Source of the DNA: Parasitella parasitica NRRL 2501
Taxonomy: Eukaryota; Fungi; Mucoromycota
Assembly: GCA_025201805.1 (NCBI GenBank)
Contig: MU619285.1
Coordinates: 93,942 to 157,941 of the forward strand
Length of the DNA stretch: 64,000 nt
Direction of reading: 5' to 3'
Under the pieces are notes generated by a model. The model worked only from the letters and a program-made list of their open reading frames with translations, did no database searches and had not been told where the DNA came from. The position numbers and the translations under genes are program-made. Below, one piece after another: positions 1 to 13,720 of the stretch. Position 1 is the first letter of the stretch, and each line of letters starts with the position of its first letter.

Positions 1-3000
1 ATGTACAACTTTGAGCCCGACTCAATTGGCACAAACTTCTCTCCTGTCGACTCAGCAGATGGCACAACAGCTACATTACATTTGGTTTGTTTGACTCTAC
101 CGCAATCGGATTATGACCCTCCCAATGCGCTGTTCTCACACAAATCAGGCTGCCCAGCCGATAGTGCAGTCAACCACCAAGCGTAAGTAGTGTCGATTGC
201 ACAGGGTAACAATAGACCACTAAAACTTTGTTATGCAGATCGTTCCTGGACGCAGAAAAGACCCATAGAGCCAGGCTACCTTCGTTAAGTCAGGACAAAC
301 AAGATGCGTTAGTAGAAACAGAGGCTAGGCTAACCTGGCTATTCACTGAGGAAATCATGCACGGTTTACTTCGATCTGGTCCAATCACTCAAAATGTCAT
401 TCGCTATATTGAAGCGCAATTGAAGAAAAAGAACCCATTTGTGGATTTCCCTACTACCATGTTCATCCCACTAGCCTTTGTCAAAAGCCAAAAAGAAAGC
501 CGTCGACTGTTCTTTGAACAACTAGAGAAGCATGACAAGACGCCTTACAGACTAGTTCGAGTAGGCGATTGCTTTTATGCCAGTGACAACGGTTCTAGCT
601 CTTTGAACTCGCTCGTGGGAGACAATGAGGAAGACAAGGATGAAAATATATCGCTGTTTGATGGAGAAGGGCTGAATATCACTACTTGTAGCCGTAAGAG
701 GCGCACCGGTGTATTAACCAGCGGTGATATTAGCGATAACGAAGGCTCGGGAGATAGAGAAGGGGAGCAACAAAGCGATGAATTCTGTCAAGGTTTAGGG
801 ATTAGCATCCTGGAACCCGAGACACCTGACGAAGATGACAGCAATGAGGCAAAGCCTGAGCCTATGAGATCCCAGCTTTACTGGCTTTTGCTGATTCCTC
901 AGGCACAAAATGTACAGATTTACTTTTACTCAAAAATGCAGCAAACGGTCAATCGCTCAGAAATTATACGTGTTACTAAAACCATGGTGAATGAAGTCAT
1001 GGAAAGAACAAACAAGCTATCCTTGCTGCAACATTTACATAATACCCGTCGATGCAGGTAAATGTCATGAATATATGTATATAATATATGTATATAGTAT
1101 ATATATATATATATATATAAAGATGGTCCGCATGTTTGCGCAAACTAAATTGATTCATAGCAAATATCTATTAGCTTCTGCAGAAGAGGAAAAACCATTC
1201 TACTCGTCTTCTTGCGACGACTCTAGCGAAGAGGAGGAGTTTTCTGCTTGTTCCACGACACCCAAAGGAACCGCTGGCAACAATCTTGTCGAAATTTTAT
1301 CCACCTCTGGCGAAGAAACTGCGTTTTCACCACCTAAAAAGTTTCTCCCAGGCCAATTCAGCTGTGAGTTGGTGTTTTCAAAACGCTTCCCGCTTCATTG
1401 GAGACTAGCGCCTAATGCTGCCTATAACAAACTGATGACAGACACGTTGCCTCCTTTTCTCGTACAAAATAAGCCCGGCATGTTTGTCTGCTCACACGAA
1501 GATGCCGTAGTCTACTGTTTCCTGTCAGAAGTTGCGACCACAATGCACAGCGCTACTTTATCCGACACTATGAACCAGTCTTTTTTGAGTGCCAATAACG
1601 CAGATGACAACAGCTATTTCATGGCAAATCCTGAATCCCCATATGGTGGAATCTCTTCTTCCTTGTCAGCCTCTGCTGCAGTTATAAATGACTCAGATAC
1701 TGCATTTGGCACGTCAAATCCTAGAGGACGGTACCCGTCGCACATGTACAACAACAGGCCCTCACCTCAGGGCAGTGTCACCAGTGAGCGACAACAGTTT
1801 ACTCCTCGTCAAAGTCCAAGCTTAACAGATGCCGGTGCCTCAGTTTCGTCTCCTATAGCAGGCCGAAAGCCAGGAACCAGGCATTACGACGGTAGAGAGC
1901 TTTTACTCGAAGTCTATGGTGCTGACATGAACTCGTACATTGTGGACGGGCTTGTTGAAATGATCAATTCACGCATCACTTCTGAAATCACTTTGAAAGA
2001 GGTGCAGCAATTCTTGATGCGCAATCCCAACTCTAAACTATCTCGAGCTGACATCGACTTTATTTTGCCTGTTGAAAAGGAGCCTTTGGTACGTCGACAG
2101 TTAGGCGTGCCCGTTTTGATCGAAAACACTGTGCATTTCCTCAAAATTTTCCGCAAGAATATCTTGACTGGATCTTCGTTGCATGTATTGCAGTCAACGT
2201 ATCTGCCTGGCACCCTCAAAAAGCAACACGATTTGCGATACTCGGGTTACGGTTATACCACCACCACCACCACCAACAACAACAACAGCAACAACAATAA
2301 CAGCAATAGAATTTTGGATGAAAGCGGCCCTCGATCTACCTCAGCTACAACAGATGAATGGTCATGCCTGGATTTTGCATTCTACTACAATTATTTAAAC
2401 AGAGCGCCAGGCACGTACTTGCCTTTTGAACAAAAGATTGGAGAGGGTGTCGCCGGCATTTGCATATCTGTCTTGGACAACGACGATGTGGCATACAGAA
2501 AAATTGTTTCAGAACAAGTCGGATCATCAAATGGAGTTCCTCGAGATTACGACACACTCCCGTTAAGATCGTGCTTGAATTCTGATCTGGAAGAAACAAA
2601 CAAATGCGGCGAGAAGCTCAGGATCAGCATTGATATCTGGTCTCACTGCAAGATCAACGTCGATCAAATCTATCAGTGCATTTACAGCGCTTTCAGACAG
2701 AGCATCTGTGATTACATAATCGAAAATGCGGCTTCCTACATCCCCCTGATCAAAAACGACAACCACGAGTTCAAGTGCTTGTCTACGTTGCTCGTTTTTG
2801 CTTTACAAAAGTCTGCTGAATGGGAAAGCTCGACTGTCAAACAATCCGTGCATTCTATAAAGATAGCTCCCTGGTATTTGGATGGAATCACACTGCAACT
2901 GAAATCCGATCTTATGGACATTCACCAGTCATTAGAGCCTATCGTCGCTAGAGCTGCTTTGCCATCTGATTTGTTCGACAATACAACAGAGGATCATATG

Positions 3001-6000
3001 GAAGATTACAAGCTGTATGCACCAAGCTTTGAGAGTAATAATGATTCGATACCGGGACAAAGAGGAGAGAGCAGGGAGGGGCTCGTTGCTCAGTTGTCAA
3101 TCAAGACTCGCAAAAACGCACTGTGGAGCAGCAATAGCTCCAGTAAAACTCAATACAACTACAAGGATTTAGTCGAAATTCCTGCATTTGACAACAAGAA
3201 CTATCGCTATCTCATTTTGACCGGTTTACCAGAGTCAAGCGTCAACAACATTTCGTCTTCAACATCAAATTTTAGAAGATCTAGCACCGAAGTTGTGCAA
3301 GGAGATTCTGGCCATCGTACGCAGGGCCGTAGTATCTGTTTTGGTAGTGTTGGTACCATTGGAGAAGATGATCTCCAGTTGTCCAATCTTCAATTACATA
3401 AAACAGAATCATTTGGGAGCAGTGGTAGAAGGGATGATAGTGCTAGTTTGCACAGTCGACAAGAGTCTCTAGCCTCCAGTATCACTAAACCAATCGCCTC
3501 ATCATCCTCCAATGCCTATCCCAACAAGCAGCACAAGATTAACGAGCAGCACAACAAAGAATTTCCACATCAGCACAGCTTTGCGATATTTACGATTGAC
3601 TCTGAAGAATTGATTATTTATGCCTACAACTGCTCTGATCATTTCATTGATCAAGTTTACAATGCCACAATGAAGAATGTGCTCGAACAAGAGACTAGAC
3701 ATATGGGATTGAACAACATTTTACACCAAAAACTTGGCTTGTTTTATCATTCCGAGACTATGGTTAATATTCTCTCTCGAAATCTGCAGGAACTTCCAAT
3801 GTCAGACATGATTACGCCACCTGCTGCAACGCCTCTGCTTCAGCACAGTGCTATAACACAGGTGCAGCACATAGCAGCAAGCAACAATACGCCAAGATCT
3901 TCGCCCAGCTTGGTAAACACAATCGGAAGACTAGTTCAGATGGATTCGTCTTCTTCGATTCCATCTATTGAGAGCTCGGGAAACCATAGCGAAAGAAGAT
4001 TAAATGGCAAGGCAGCGACATCTATTTCAGCAACTCAACTCGCTGTAGCCGATTTCGAAAGCTTGCAGCAACTAGTTGTTAATAGTTATGAGTACAAGAA
4101 TCGCCCATCTCGTATAATGCAGCAACTACCTTCAGGACGACTGGGTCCCACAGAAAAGGCGCCACTCCAGCACACGCAATTTGTATTAGACATCTATGAC
4201 AATGCCAAATTGTGCAACTCGTCTGCTGTAGGAGCAGGAGGTGGAACAGCTGATGCTAATACAGTATTGCGAGACGCGTATTCAGATTCCATTGAGGATA
4301 ATCGAAACTGGTACGATAAGGACTATCTATTGCGACATGGAGAGCCTTATCTTGAAATGTATCTTGCAAAATCAAAGCCGTTAGCAGCTCATGAGAAAGC
4401 GTTTAATGTCTACACAAAGTGGGCACATCAATACTACGGCCCTGGCCATGCGAAAACCAATGACGAAATGATGACAGTTGATGAATTGAAGCAAATCCTC
4501 AAAGCATCTCGTTTGCTGCACTTTTGCAGAACACCTTTGATTTTCTCTGGATCCACTTCTTCCTGTGAATTGTCAAGCAGCCAAATAGCTGGAAATGGCA
4601 ATGGAGGGGGCGGGTTTGAAAAGCTGTTCAACAAGCCCACGGTCCTCAAGAGCGAGGAAATGACAACATGGTACGAAAGACTGTCTCGAGGATTTATGAG
4701 AGAGTACGCGTCTTATCTGGAGAGTATCGGTATGCATTTGATTGTATATGGCCCCTCAAATGATCAGCAAGACGAAATTGAAGCCTACCTGTCTAGTTTT
4801 ACCATTACTGAAGATTATTCTGTCAGCTCTCCTGTAGTTTACCTTCTCCAGGTATTCGAGGGAGGGTCCATCATGTGCGAGGTGCGTCTAACAGGCCCAT
4901 TTGTGTCTGTCACTCTATATACTCTACATCGTCGCTATGGCCGTCTGCAAGTCTCTCCCTACCTGCGCCAACAGAATAGAACAGAAATCGGACGGGCAAA
5001 TTTCCAGAAGTTTATGACAGAATGTGATCAATTCAAGCAACGTATCCATGTGAATTCATTTGTGTTTGATTTTCATTTGCGCCACATACAACGAAGTCTG
5101 GATGATGTAGATCAATTGCCTGCAGATCTAAACCTGCTGAGCATCATCAAGAACACGGTGTCTGTTTACGATCGCCCGGCAATTTACGCTAGAAACCGAA
5201 TTATTAATGGGATCTATGAGGTCTCGGTAAACGATTCTCTGCGTGGTCTGACAGCATGGTTTATGAACGCAGGGTCAAAATTGGGCCTCCAGACGCTCAA
5301 GGTGGTCAATACTCCGGTTGCTTGCTTTGTTTCTTGTGATAACTTGACTTTCGAAAGCAGCTGCGACGTCGATAAAGATGCAAGTAATGAGGATACTCCA
5401 TTTAGATATACGCTGATTGTTTGTCCAGCCGAGAAGTCCAGCAGCGGAAGGTGGAGAGATAGCATTAGTGTGCATCGACAAGGCAGTTTCGATATGAAAG
5501 GCTCTAGTTCGGTCCACAAGATTGTCAATCGCGCAGCAGTTGCTGAAGGTAGCAGTGCCGATGCTGATTACGCCAAGAAAATCAGCTTTCAATACTTTAT
5601 TTTGGTCACTTACCGGGGAATGGATCGCTGTACATCGTCAGACAGATGTCAGAGAGCTTGGTCCAAAGTTTTGAAGGAGAAGCCCAAACGATCTGCAAAC
5701 TTTTTGGATGAAGTGCTAGTACCAGAGAGTCTGACGCTCAATGATGTATTTGAATCAGCCAAACAGAAATTGGATAGCATTGTAAATAAGGTAAGCATCT
5801 TGAAAAAAAAAAAAAAAAAAAAAGTTCGAGTCTGACACAGTGTCCAATGCATCCAAATATTCATAGGCTGTACACTTTTTCCACAAAGAAGCGGATTGGA
5901 ATAAATTGTACGAAATCGTGCGTCCAAGCCTTTCCAAAGAGCTTCCTCAAGACCTGGTGCAGTTGGCCTCAAAATTCAACCCCATCCAACTTGGACAAGT

Positions 6001-6307
6001 AGATCCGTTCTTTAGCAATTTCTTCAACCTCAAAGGACTCAATTGGGAGGATGTGTTGGATAACTTGAAATTGTTCTACTTGATGACTTGCGGCGATATA
6101 CAAATCAAAGACACACGGCATGTCTTTTTGTTTGTTCCAAACACAACTTTTTTTCACATTACCTACACTCCAGGAGAGCAATGTCAGGTCACCATTAACT
6201 CCAAGGAGGATCGGAGCTCTACAGGTGTCTTGATGGACGATGAGAAGTGCTATATACGAAATCTAGCAACAAGCTTGTCATATTATCTATGGAAACGTAT
6301 TCGATAA
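1..6307 (+). CDS. SZT2: KICSTOR complex protein SZT2 homolog (5' end outside window); exons ~1-182, 239-1057, 1162-5790, 5868-6307
   Basis: GT-AG introns join ORFs 1..186, 228..1061, 991..5835 and 5906..6307 into one very large protein. Motifs 'ASRLLHFCRTPLIF', 'LNNILHQKLGLF' and 'HVNSFVFDFHLRHI' resemble the SZT2 C-terminal region as I recall it. Confidence 0.75.
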
Positions 6308-6311
6308 TTCA

Positions 6312-6322
6312 TNNNNNNNNNN

Positions 6323-6388
<66 letters not shown>
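6312..6388. other. Assembly gap followed by poly(A) run
   Basis: N run then a long A homopolymer. Confidence 0.95.
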
Positions 6389-6390
<2 letters not shown>

Positions 6391-6694
6391 ACCATATATG
6401 ATTAGAACTTGATTTATTTACCTTGCCGAAATCCCCTATATGTTGGGACTAACAGAAGCTTAAACGTAACAGCCTGTCAGTTTGATTTGAGTTCAAATAA
6501 ATGCGACCTTATGACGTGCCTTACCTTGAGTAAACGCTGGTGTACATTTATGGGGTTGGGGGGAGGGGGGGCGCTGTCCCATCTGGCAAAGGTGAGCCAG
6601 AGCCCATCTCGAGATTGCCAATTCTTTTCAAAATCTTTTTCTTTTCACAACGTTAATAATTATAAAAGGCCGAAAGGAACAGCATGTATAAGGA

Positions 6695-8608
6695 ATGGCA
6701 TTTCGTTCCTGTTTATGCTCTAGAAAATATCAACTACTCACTTTGTACAAACTGCAGCCATCCTATGGCCCATTCAAATACCCTGGCATTTTAGGAGACC
6801 ACCCTCTCCGCCAACCTACTTACCGAAGACCAAACACAACCTCGACATATACAACAGCACCAAACATTAGATTGACACATCAATTAGAGACAAAGGCGCC
6901 CCCTAGTGAAAAGGTACCCGAAATCCAGCAAGAGATGGACCTTGTCTTGAGCAAGAAATACACGACGAAACAAACTAAATCATACTACCGGCGCCTGTCA
7001 AAACAATCGCCAGAGCAACTTGCAAACATTCTCGCCTGGACAGCAAATAATAAGGTTGGCAAGAAAAAGATAGTGCGCGTTGCAGTCGAGGCTGCTGCTT
7101 ACTGGCCTCAGTCAACCATCCAAAGTGTATTCAAGATCTGGGGGAATCAATTCTCTTATTTACAGCTTAGTATATTCAATTCGATACTGCTGAAGAAATA
7201 TGCGATAGAACGAGACATTGCTCCGATTATCGACGCTCTGCCCATGTACGGAAGGCCCTATGTGGTGATGCCGTTTTACAATGCTGCTTTGAACGCATGC
7301 CGTGAACACAAGCAAAACGACCATTTTCGCCTGATCATCAACGTCATGAAGGAGCGAAACATCACACTAGACATTGCTTCATTCAATATTCTACTAAAGA
7401 TCAAATTAAATCAGGAGGGCCCAAATGTATCTGGGCTAAAGATTTATCAAGATATGTTGGACCAAGGCGCTGTGCCTAACCATGCAACTTTCAATACGTT
7501 TATCAAGCATGCTTTACAACACAAAGAATGGGATACTCTGGAGAAATGGCTTGATTTGATGACAACAAAAAATACCAAACCTACTGTTGTCACTCTTCGG
7601 TTATTGTTCAAAGCGCTCTGCACTCATCCAACAGAAAGCGATCTTATCCGAGCGTTTGACCGGGTTTCAGCTATTGCCCCGCTTTCAAAGAAAGAAAAAC
7701 TCCTCAATAATGGTATATCAGCATTACTGGATGAAAACAGGAATAGTGCAGCCATAGATTTACTGCAGGCAACGTTTGGATTAAATGCAAAACTTTCGAA
7801 ATTTACCTACAACTTACTACTGCGGTCATTGTGTCAGAGAGGAGACATACAAGGCGCACAACATGTATTAGTGTCTATGATTACATCAGACAACATACCC
7901 AAACCCGATATTGTTAGTTTCACCACTGTCATCCATGGTATCATTCGCCATTCTGACAAAATAGACCTGAATCACATCAATGCTATTTATGATCAGCTAG
8001 AAAAGCAAGGCCTGCAAACAAACAACGTGTTGCAATCTGTCATTTTATACGGCCTGATCAAGTCAAAAGACAACTCTAATCTTACCAAGACGAGAACATT
8101 GTTCAACTCAGTTATTGGAAACAAGAACAGAGCTCGGATACCAATGCAACGGGGCGATGGCCCTTTAGCTGAAATGAACATCTACAACATGATGATTGAT
8201 TTTTACTTTCTGCACTACCACAAATCCAAGACTCTTAAACACCGGATACCAAAGGAAGTATTTCGATTGCTCAATGAAGCCGTGGAAATCAAGAAGTTAG
8301 AACCAACAACTGTCACGTTGAACATCATGGTGCGAGGTTTGGCTGTTTTGAATAAGGATTTAGTGGCTGCCGAAAAAATCATGAAACTGCTACAGCGCAA
8401 GTCCGTTGACGCGGATGAAACGACCATCTGGTACTTGGCGAGAACAGCCCATCGCCAGGGCCAAATATCCAAAGCACAGCAATTCATAAACAATTTTGAG
8501 CGCCCTATAACAAAATCTGGCTTGGCCAATTTGAAATTGGCATTGAATAGGTGGGATCAAGATAACGACAGCAAAAATGAACCAACCTTTATAGCGGAAC
8601 AGCAGTAG
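6695..8608 (+). CDS. Pentatricopeptide repeat (PPR) protein, probably mitochondrial
   Basis: Single-exon 637-aa ORF with repeated 35-aa PPR motifs (e.g. 'PNHATFNTFIKH', 'TYNLLLRSLCQRGDIQGAQHVL', 'PDIVSFTTVIHG') and a basic, acid-poor N-terminus. Confidence 0.85.
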   Translation: MAFRSCLCSRKYQLLTLYKLQPSYGPFKYPGILGDHPLRQPTYRRPNTTSTYTTAPNIRLTHQLETKAPPSEKVPEIQQEMDLVLSKKYTTKQTKSYYRRLSKQSPEQLANILAWTANNKVGKKKIVRVAVEAAAYWPQSTIQSVFKIWGNQFSYLQLSIFNSILLKKYAIERDIAPIIDALPMYGRPYVVMPFYNAALNACREHKQNDHFRLIINVMKERNITLDIASFNILLKIKLNQEGPNVSGLKIYQDMLDQGAVPNHATFNTFIKHALQHKEWDTLEKWLDLMTTKNTKPTVVTLRLLFKALCTHPTESDLIRAFDRVSAIAPLSKKEKLLNNGISALLDENRNSAAIDLLQATFGLNAKLSKFTYNLLLRSLCQRGDIQGAQHVLVSMITSDNIPKPDIVSFTTVIHGIIRHSDKIDLNHINAIYDQLEKQGLQTNNVLQSVILYGLIKSKDNSNLTKTRTLFNSVIGNKNRARIPMQRGDGPLAEMNIYNMMIDFYFLHYHKSKTLKHRIPKEVFRLLNEAVEIKKLEPTTVTLNIMVRGLAVLNKDLVAAEKIMKLLQRKSVDADETTIWYLARTAHRQGQISKAQQFINNFERPITKSGLANLKLALNRWDQDNDSKNEPTFIAEQQ

Positions 8609-8767
8609 TAAATAATTTAATTAGATTTTTGTACAGAAATATGATAGAAATCATCCTCCCAACTCCTCACCCCTTTTTCACTTTTGTATTATTACTTCTT
8701 TTTCCCTTACATATAAAGCTCAAGATTTTCTAGCATTCCAAAACCTAAATATATGTGTGTTCCTCCC

Positions 8768-8770
<3 letters not shown>

Positions 8771-8805
<35 letters not shown>
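8771..8805. repeat. (TG)n microsatellite
   Basis: Direct tandem run between the convergent PPR and Twinkle 3' ends. Confidence 0.95.
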
Positions 8806-8807
<2 letters not shown>

Positions 8808-8854
8808 ATTCATGGCTGCCACCTTTTTTATTTTTTTATTATTATTATTGCTGT

Positions 8855-9431
8855 CTACCTTTTATACTTGACAGTTGTACTCCCATACTTGAATTTTTCC
8901 TTTTTGAGCTTCAGCGACTCTTCTTTTGACAATTCATGAATTTTGAAAGTGTTGCTGTCAAATTTGTATGGTACAATACCCAATGTGCCATCAAAGCGAT
9001 TCTTTCTAACATCTAATGATCGCGTGTTTTCTTTTGACTTTTGGATGATGATAACATTATCAGCTTCCTGTGTTACTTTGGCGCTACCAAAAATCGAATG
9101 GATGTCTAATTCGTCGCCAGAGCCACTGTCTTTGCGGGGATGAACGACAAGTGTTATGTGGACATCCTGCTGTGTTGCAAAGTTTCGAATCTCATGAATG
9201 GCGTTATCTTGGACTTCCCATTTATCCATTCCACCTGTGCCTTGCTGAGATAGCATGAACTGTAAGTTATCGAGGATGATATGACGAACATCGTAGGCGT
9301 ATACTGCATGGTGGCATGCTTTCAAAACGTCTTTGATCACTGTACTGCTAAAGAATTTGAGAAAATAGAGGGGTAACTAGTGCAGTCTGTTAAAGAAATC
9401 AATCATGAACACACCACATTGATGGGGGTTG

Positions 9432-9470
<39 letters not shown>

Positions 9471-10940
9471 ATTTACCTGTTGGAATCTATTTGCAATTTC
9501 ATCAAACTCTTTTGGATTTAAACTAATGTCCTTTTCAGCAAATTGGTACAGCATTTTCTTGGCTAACCGTTTATTCATAATCTCAAAAGAACCCCATAGT
9601 GTTGGTACCCCTGATTTACAAAAATCCAAGCTCAATTGGCTGATGATGGTAGTTTTGCCGGCACCAGTAGGACCTGTCAAAATTGTCAGCTCGCCTGCTC
9701 GATGTCCCTTGGTAATATCATTAAGCGCAGGTAGATCTTTACTCTGGACACCTCGCGTCTGCTCAGGATGCAAAACTTCGTTGTACACTTCCTCACGCAG
9801 ATCTCTAAAATCGACAATTTGATCGTGTTTGATCCCATGCGCCGCTGCTATTATTTTACCCAGATCTTTATTCGCCACCAAGGCATCGTGAGCACTGGCG
9901 GGGCCTTGTTGTTCACCTTGTCTAGTATTAACCATCAAGCATCTGTGCTCGCCAATCTTTCGAGCAAATCGCTCGGCTGCAATTTGCCCATTTACATCGT
10001 CGTCAAGCCAGAGATAAATGTGAGCAAATCGATCTAGTAAAGGTAACACGGATTCCTGGAGCTGATAATGTGAGGAGGGCAACGAAACCGCTGGCAGCCC
10101 AGTCGCCTGATGAGCAGCCATAGCATCCAATTCTCGGCGAGTCAAGATGATTGCATCATCTGCGTACGATGCTGTTTGATAGCCAAACAACCCTTCGGTG
10201 CTCTCTTTGCCGCTGGTGGGTGGGTCTAGCTGAACAACACGATCGAGGTTGTTGATGTCGCATAGTTTGAGTCGTTCTGTACTCGTCTTGAAGCCCCCGT
10301 CCTCTTCCAGGTACGACAAGGTTGTCTGAGGAAATGTCAAGCAGAGAGTCTCGCTGCCATCGACTGTCGTTGCACCCACACCAAACTTACGTAGCGTCTC
10401 TTTTGTTATGCAATGGTCTGCTTCTAACTGCTGCAACAAGGACTCGTTAGCAATGAGATTTTCCGAGTAGCTGTCAATTACAGACGGCGGTCTACTTGGG
10501 GAATGTCTCGCATTGTTGTCTCCGGAGACGACGCTGCTTGCAGGCGCTATGGAATAGTTTTCGTCTTGGGGTGGCTCCACCTTTTTTCGCAGGGTTTTGG
10601 AGAATTCAGGGAAACTGCCTTTTGCTTTGCAGGTATTGCAGTGGTAAGTCCCCTTCTGCAGGTCCAGGTACGCAGCAAAGCTGTTTTTGCGCAGTTGGAT
10701 GCAGTGAGGGCAATTGGTAAGGATGACGTTCTCTTCCAAAGTTGGGATTGGCCTTTGTTTGTGCTTGTAGAGAAATTTTATGATATTAGATTTGAGATTT
10801 GCTGATTCTGTCATTGCAGTGCTGGTACTTTGAGTTGCTGCACTGCGTCTAAATAACAGCGCATTTGATTGTATCGGTTTCAATGCGATTTGTCTGGGCC
10901 TAATGGATGCCAGAATTCCTCTGTGGGCTATTCTGTACAT
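8855..10940 (-). CDS. TWNK: Twinkle mitochondrial DNA helicase (T7 gp4-like primase-helicase); exons 10940-9477 and 9376-8855
   Basis: Arg-rich presequence-like N-terminus, Zn finger CPHC...CNTC, TOPRIM-like 'LWLDDD', Walker A 'GPTGAGKTT', 'HIILDNLQFM', 'LVVHPRK' and 'GSAKVTQEADN'. The intron restores the frame (…FQQ|LPLYFLKF…). Confidence 0.93.
9435..9468. repeat. (TC)n microsatellite in the Twinkle intron
   Basis: Direct tandem run. Confidence 0.95.
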
Positions 10941-11130
10941 TTCTTTTTTTTTTTTTTTTACAAGTATTTATTAGAACAAACAGCTGAAGGGCGAGAGGGT
11001 GAGAGAAAGAACAAGTGTTGAAGTATATACTGTTGTATAATGAAAGGTATACGGTATAACTTTTTTTTTATCTGCTTTGCATGGTGACTTGTTCAAGGGA
11101 CATGCTTTTGGCAGATGCAGAGACGCCATG

Positions 11131-11875
11131 CTAGAAATCTCGAAGAATCATGAGCATAGCATCCAGCCGGCCCTTGGATATCTCCATCCTTGCGACCACG
11201 TTCTCCATCTTGGCCACCTCAGCCTTATCAATTTCGTTCAAAAGCTCCATGTTTGCAAGGACGTCGATCCTGCCTAATTTTTCCAAAAGACGTGATCGTT
11301 GAACAAGCTCTTCGTTTTTGCGCTGCTGCAGATTTGCGAGGGTGCGATATATGTCAGCAATGAGCTCGGTGTAGCATTTGTCAATAGAAACAAACCACAG
11401 ATGGAATGAGCGGCTTGTAGTTCGATCCGAAGATCGCGGCACTTCTTGGATTTCAACAATGCCGTTTGTCAGCAGTATGTCAAGCTTCAGCTTTACATCT
11501 ACCGCTGGGAGCATAGCTAATTTCTGTATCTGCGCTTCGTCTAGTTTTCCTTTGTCAAGCAGAATGCGCACAATGCGACATGAAGCCACACCAAAGCGTT
11601 CTGTCAGCAGCCCTTCTAGTAAAGCTCTTTTCATCGCATGTCGAATACGCTTCAAGTTGACGGCATACTGATTCGCTCCCAACTCGTCTCTTTTGGTCAA
11701 GAACCCTGCACTGTCGGTTTGAAGCAGTCGAAAATATCCCTTGACAACATCAATCACATCTGGTGCTTTGTGTTTTTTGGCTGTTGGCTGCTGCAGAACG
11801 AGGTCATTTCGTTGAAATACATCCGGATCCAGCATATTTGCAATATGCACAGGCGTCGAGGCAGCTATTTGACAG

Positions 11876-11932
<57 letters not shown>

Positions 11933-13374
11933 GATGGTGTGCTGTTATATTGTAAATGGCTACGCAACTCACGAGAATAGTCTTCTTTGATATACTTCAT
12001 CTTTTCTTTGCCGTTTCTGAAAAAAGTCTTCATAACAATGCCTGCTGTGCGGTTGACTCTGTCAGTAGCGTATTCAACAATCATCTGCAGCGCCAGAAGA
12101 GCAATACACTCAGCAAGAAAGTTTTTTTTTTTTTTTTTTTTCAGTACGTACATGATTGCGAAAGTATATGTTATATCGGCTGTAATTCAATGCGAAAAAC
12201 GTCTTTGGATCGATATCAAACAGCAAAGGCTTACTTTTCTACTTTAAGCATTCAAAATGTCAATTTGTCAATCAATTGCATACGGTGTTATAAGCACACT
12301 GACCTTGCGGCCTTGGATCTCTGACTTGTCTTCCTCTGATTCTGATGTGTAATCCCCTGACTCATGGGCTCGGCGCTATATGAGTATTCGTCTTTTGTTA
12401 GAATGTTGTCACCTCACGATTATTCTTTGATTCATTTACCTTGGCCTCAGACTCCATGATTTCAGACGGTTTTCGTTTCTACATGATTAAAAAAAAAAAA
12501 AAAAAAAAATCAAAGCTTTAATGGATGAAGCACGCAGTTTCCACGCATTGTTTACCATGCCAATGTACTCTGGTTGCAAAAGCACAGCATCTGCATTCGC
12601 CTTGGCTACGGATCTGATGTTTTTAGCTTCTCCTTTGGTTATGATTGTATACTTTTCAAGCTCTTTTGCCTCTGCTTCCAAATATTGGTCGGTAACTGAT
12701 CGGCTATGTTGAGGTAATACAGCACTAATAAACTGCTCCTGAGCCATTAGTGTAAAAGCCCTCAAATACACTGATTCTGTTCATTTGAATTAGCGTCGCT
12801 TTACTCTTTACGTTTGCATAATACCATAACAATACTTACCGTCTTTTTGTTTGCCGTTATTAACGTTCGCCCATTGCAACACTCGACCCAATTTGACTCT
12901 GCCTTCCATAAACAACAACCTACATATAGCAGAGCCCTATAAACATGCGGTTAGGCACTTCAGTCTGTACATATAAGAACATGAACTGCTCACAGCCTTT
13001 CCATAATGCTCTTCTGTAATACGCATGATACGCCCCATTCGAAGTCTCATCATAATCTTCCCAGGATCAGCTTCATAGTATGTTGCCTCGTTCTTTTCTA
13101 CGTCTGCAGTCTCTGAAAAGAAGACAATGCCATGTTGTATTAGCACAATAAGACATTCACGAACAAGTTTAGGCGTATAACGGCTGATCCTTATCAAATC
13201 TGATAAGGACAGACGTCCTTTCAATATGAGCAAGTCGGCGATAGTCTAACACAACACTGTATTATCAGCGCGCTGTTATGTCATGGTCCGTCAGTAATGC
13301 TGAACACTTACCGCCGGATACTGGCCAAAATCGTCCTTGAGTATTTCTCTGCAAATACGAGCTTCGCAAGACAT
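11131..13374 (-). CDS. RPC82: RNA polymerase III subunit RPC3/RPC82 (multi-exon)
   Basis: Starts MSCEARICREILKDDFGQ at 13374. 'LKGRLSLSDL…VRECLIVLIQHG', 'ERFGVASCRIVRILLDKGKLDE' and 'EIQEVPRSSDR…SFHLW' are typical of POLR3C/Rpc82. Several GT-AG introns link the ORF fragments. Confidence 0.9.
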
Positions 13375-13720
13375 AGTTTAAAGTGTTGGTCAAAAGTGGG
13401 GGGGGGGTGGTGGAGGGGCGAGAAACAGTGGTAAAATAACAAAGAGTGAACGGAGACACAAATGGCTATACCACCAAATTAAATAAGAGATAAATGAGGT
13501 GGGTGGCGAAAGTTTGCATGATAAAGATGAACAATGCATTGAACATCTCATCTCATCTCATCAATAAATTTCCAACAGCCTAGAAGGTTTATAAGGGAAT
13601 GCTATTTGAAATTAGTCGCCAACCCATTCATTTGACACTACATGTATACATCGCTGGCTCGAGAGCAACCACAAAAATGTGCATTGTGTTACATATTGCG
13701 CAATATATACAGTATAAGGA

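Noticed and set aside
6323-6388. Poly(A) after SZT2 as a retroposition tail
   Set aside because: SZT2 keeps its introns, the run abuts an assembly gap, and long A/T homopolymers are common throughout the window.
6695-10940. PPR + Twinkle adjacency as a functional mitochondrial gene cluster
   Set aside because: Two neighbours in convergent orientation are compatible with chance. Conserved synteny would be needed.
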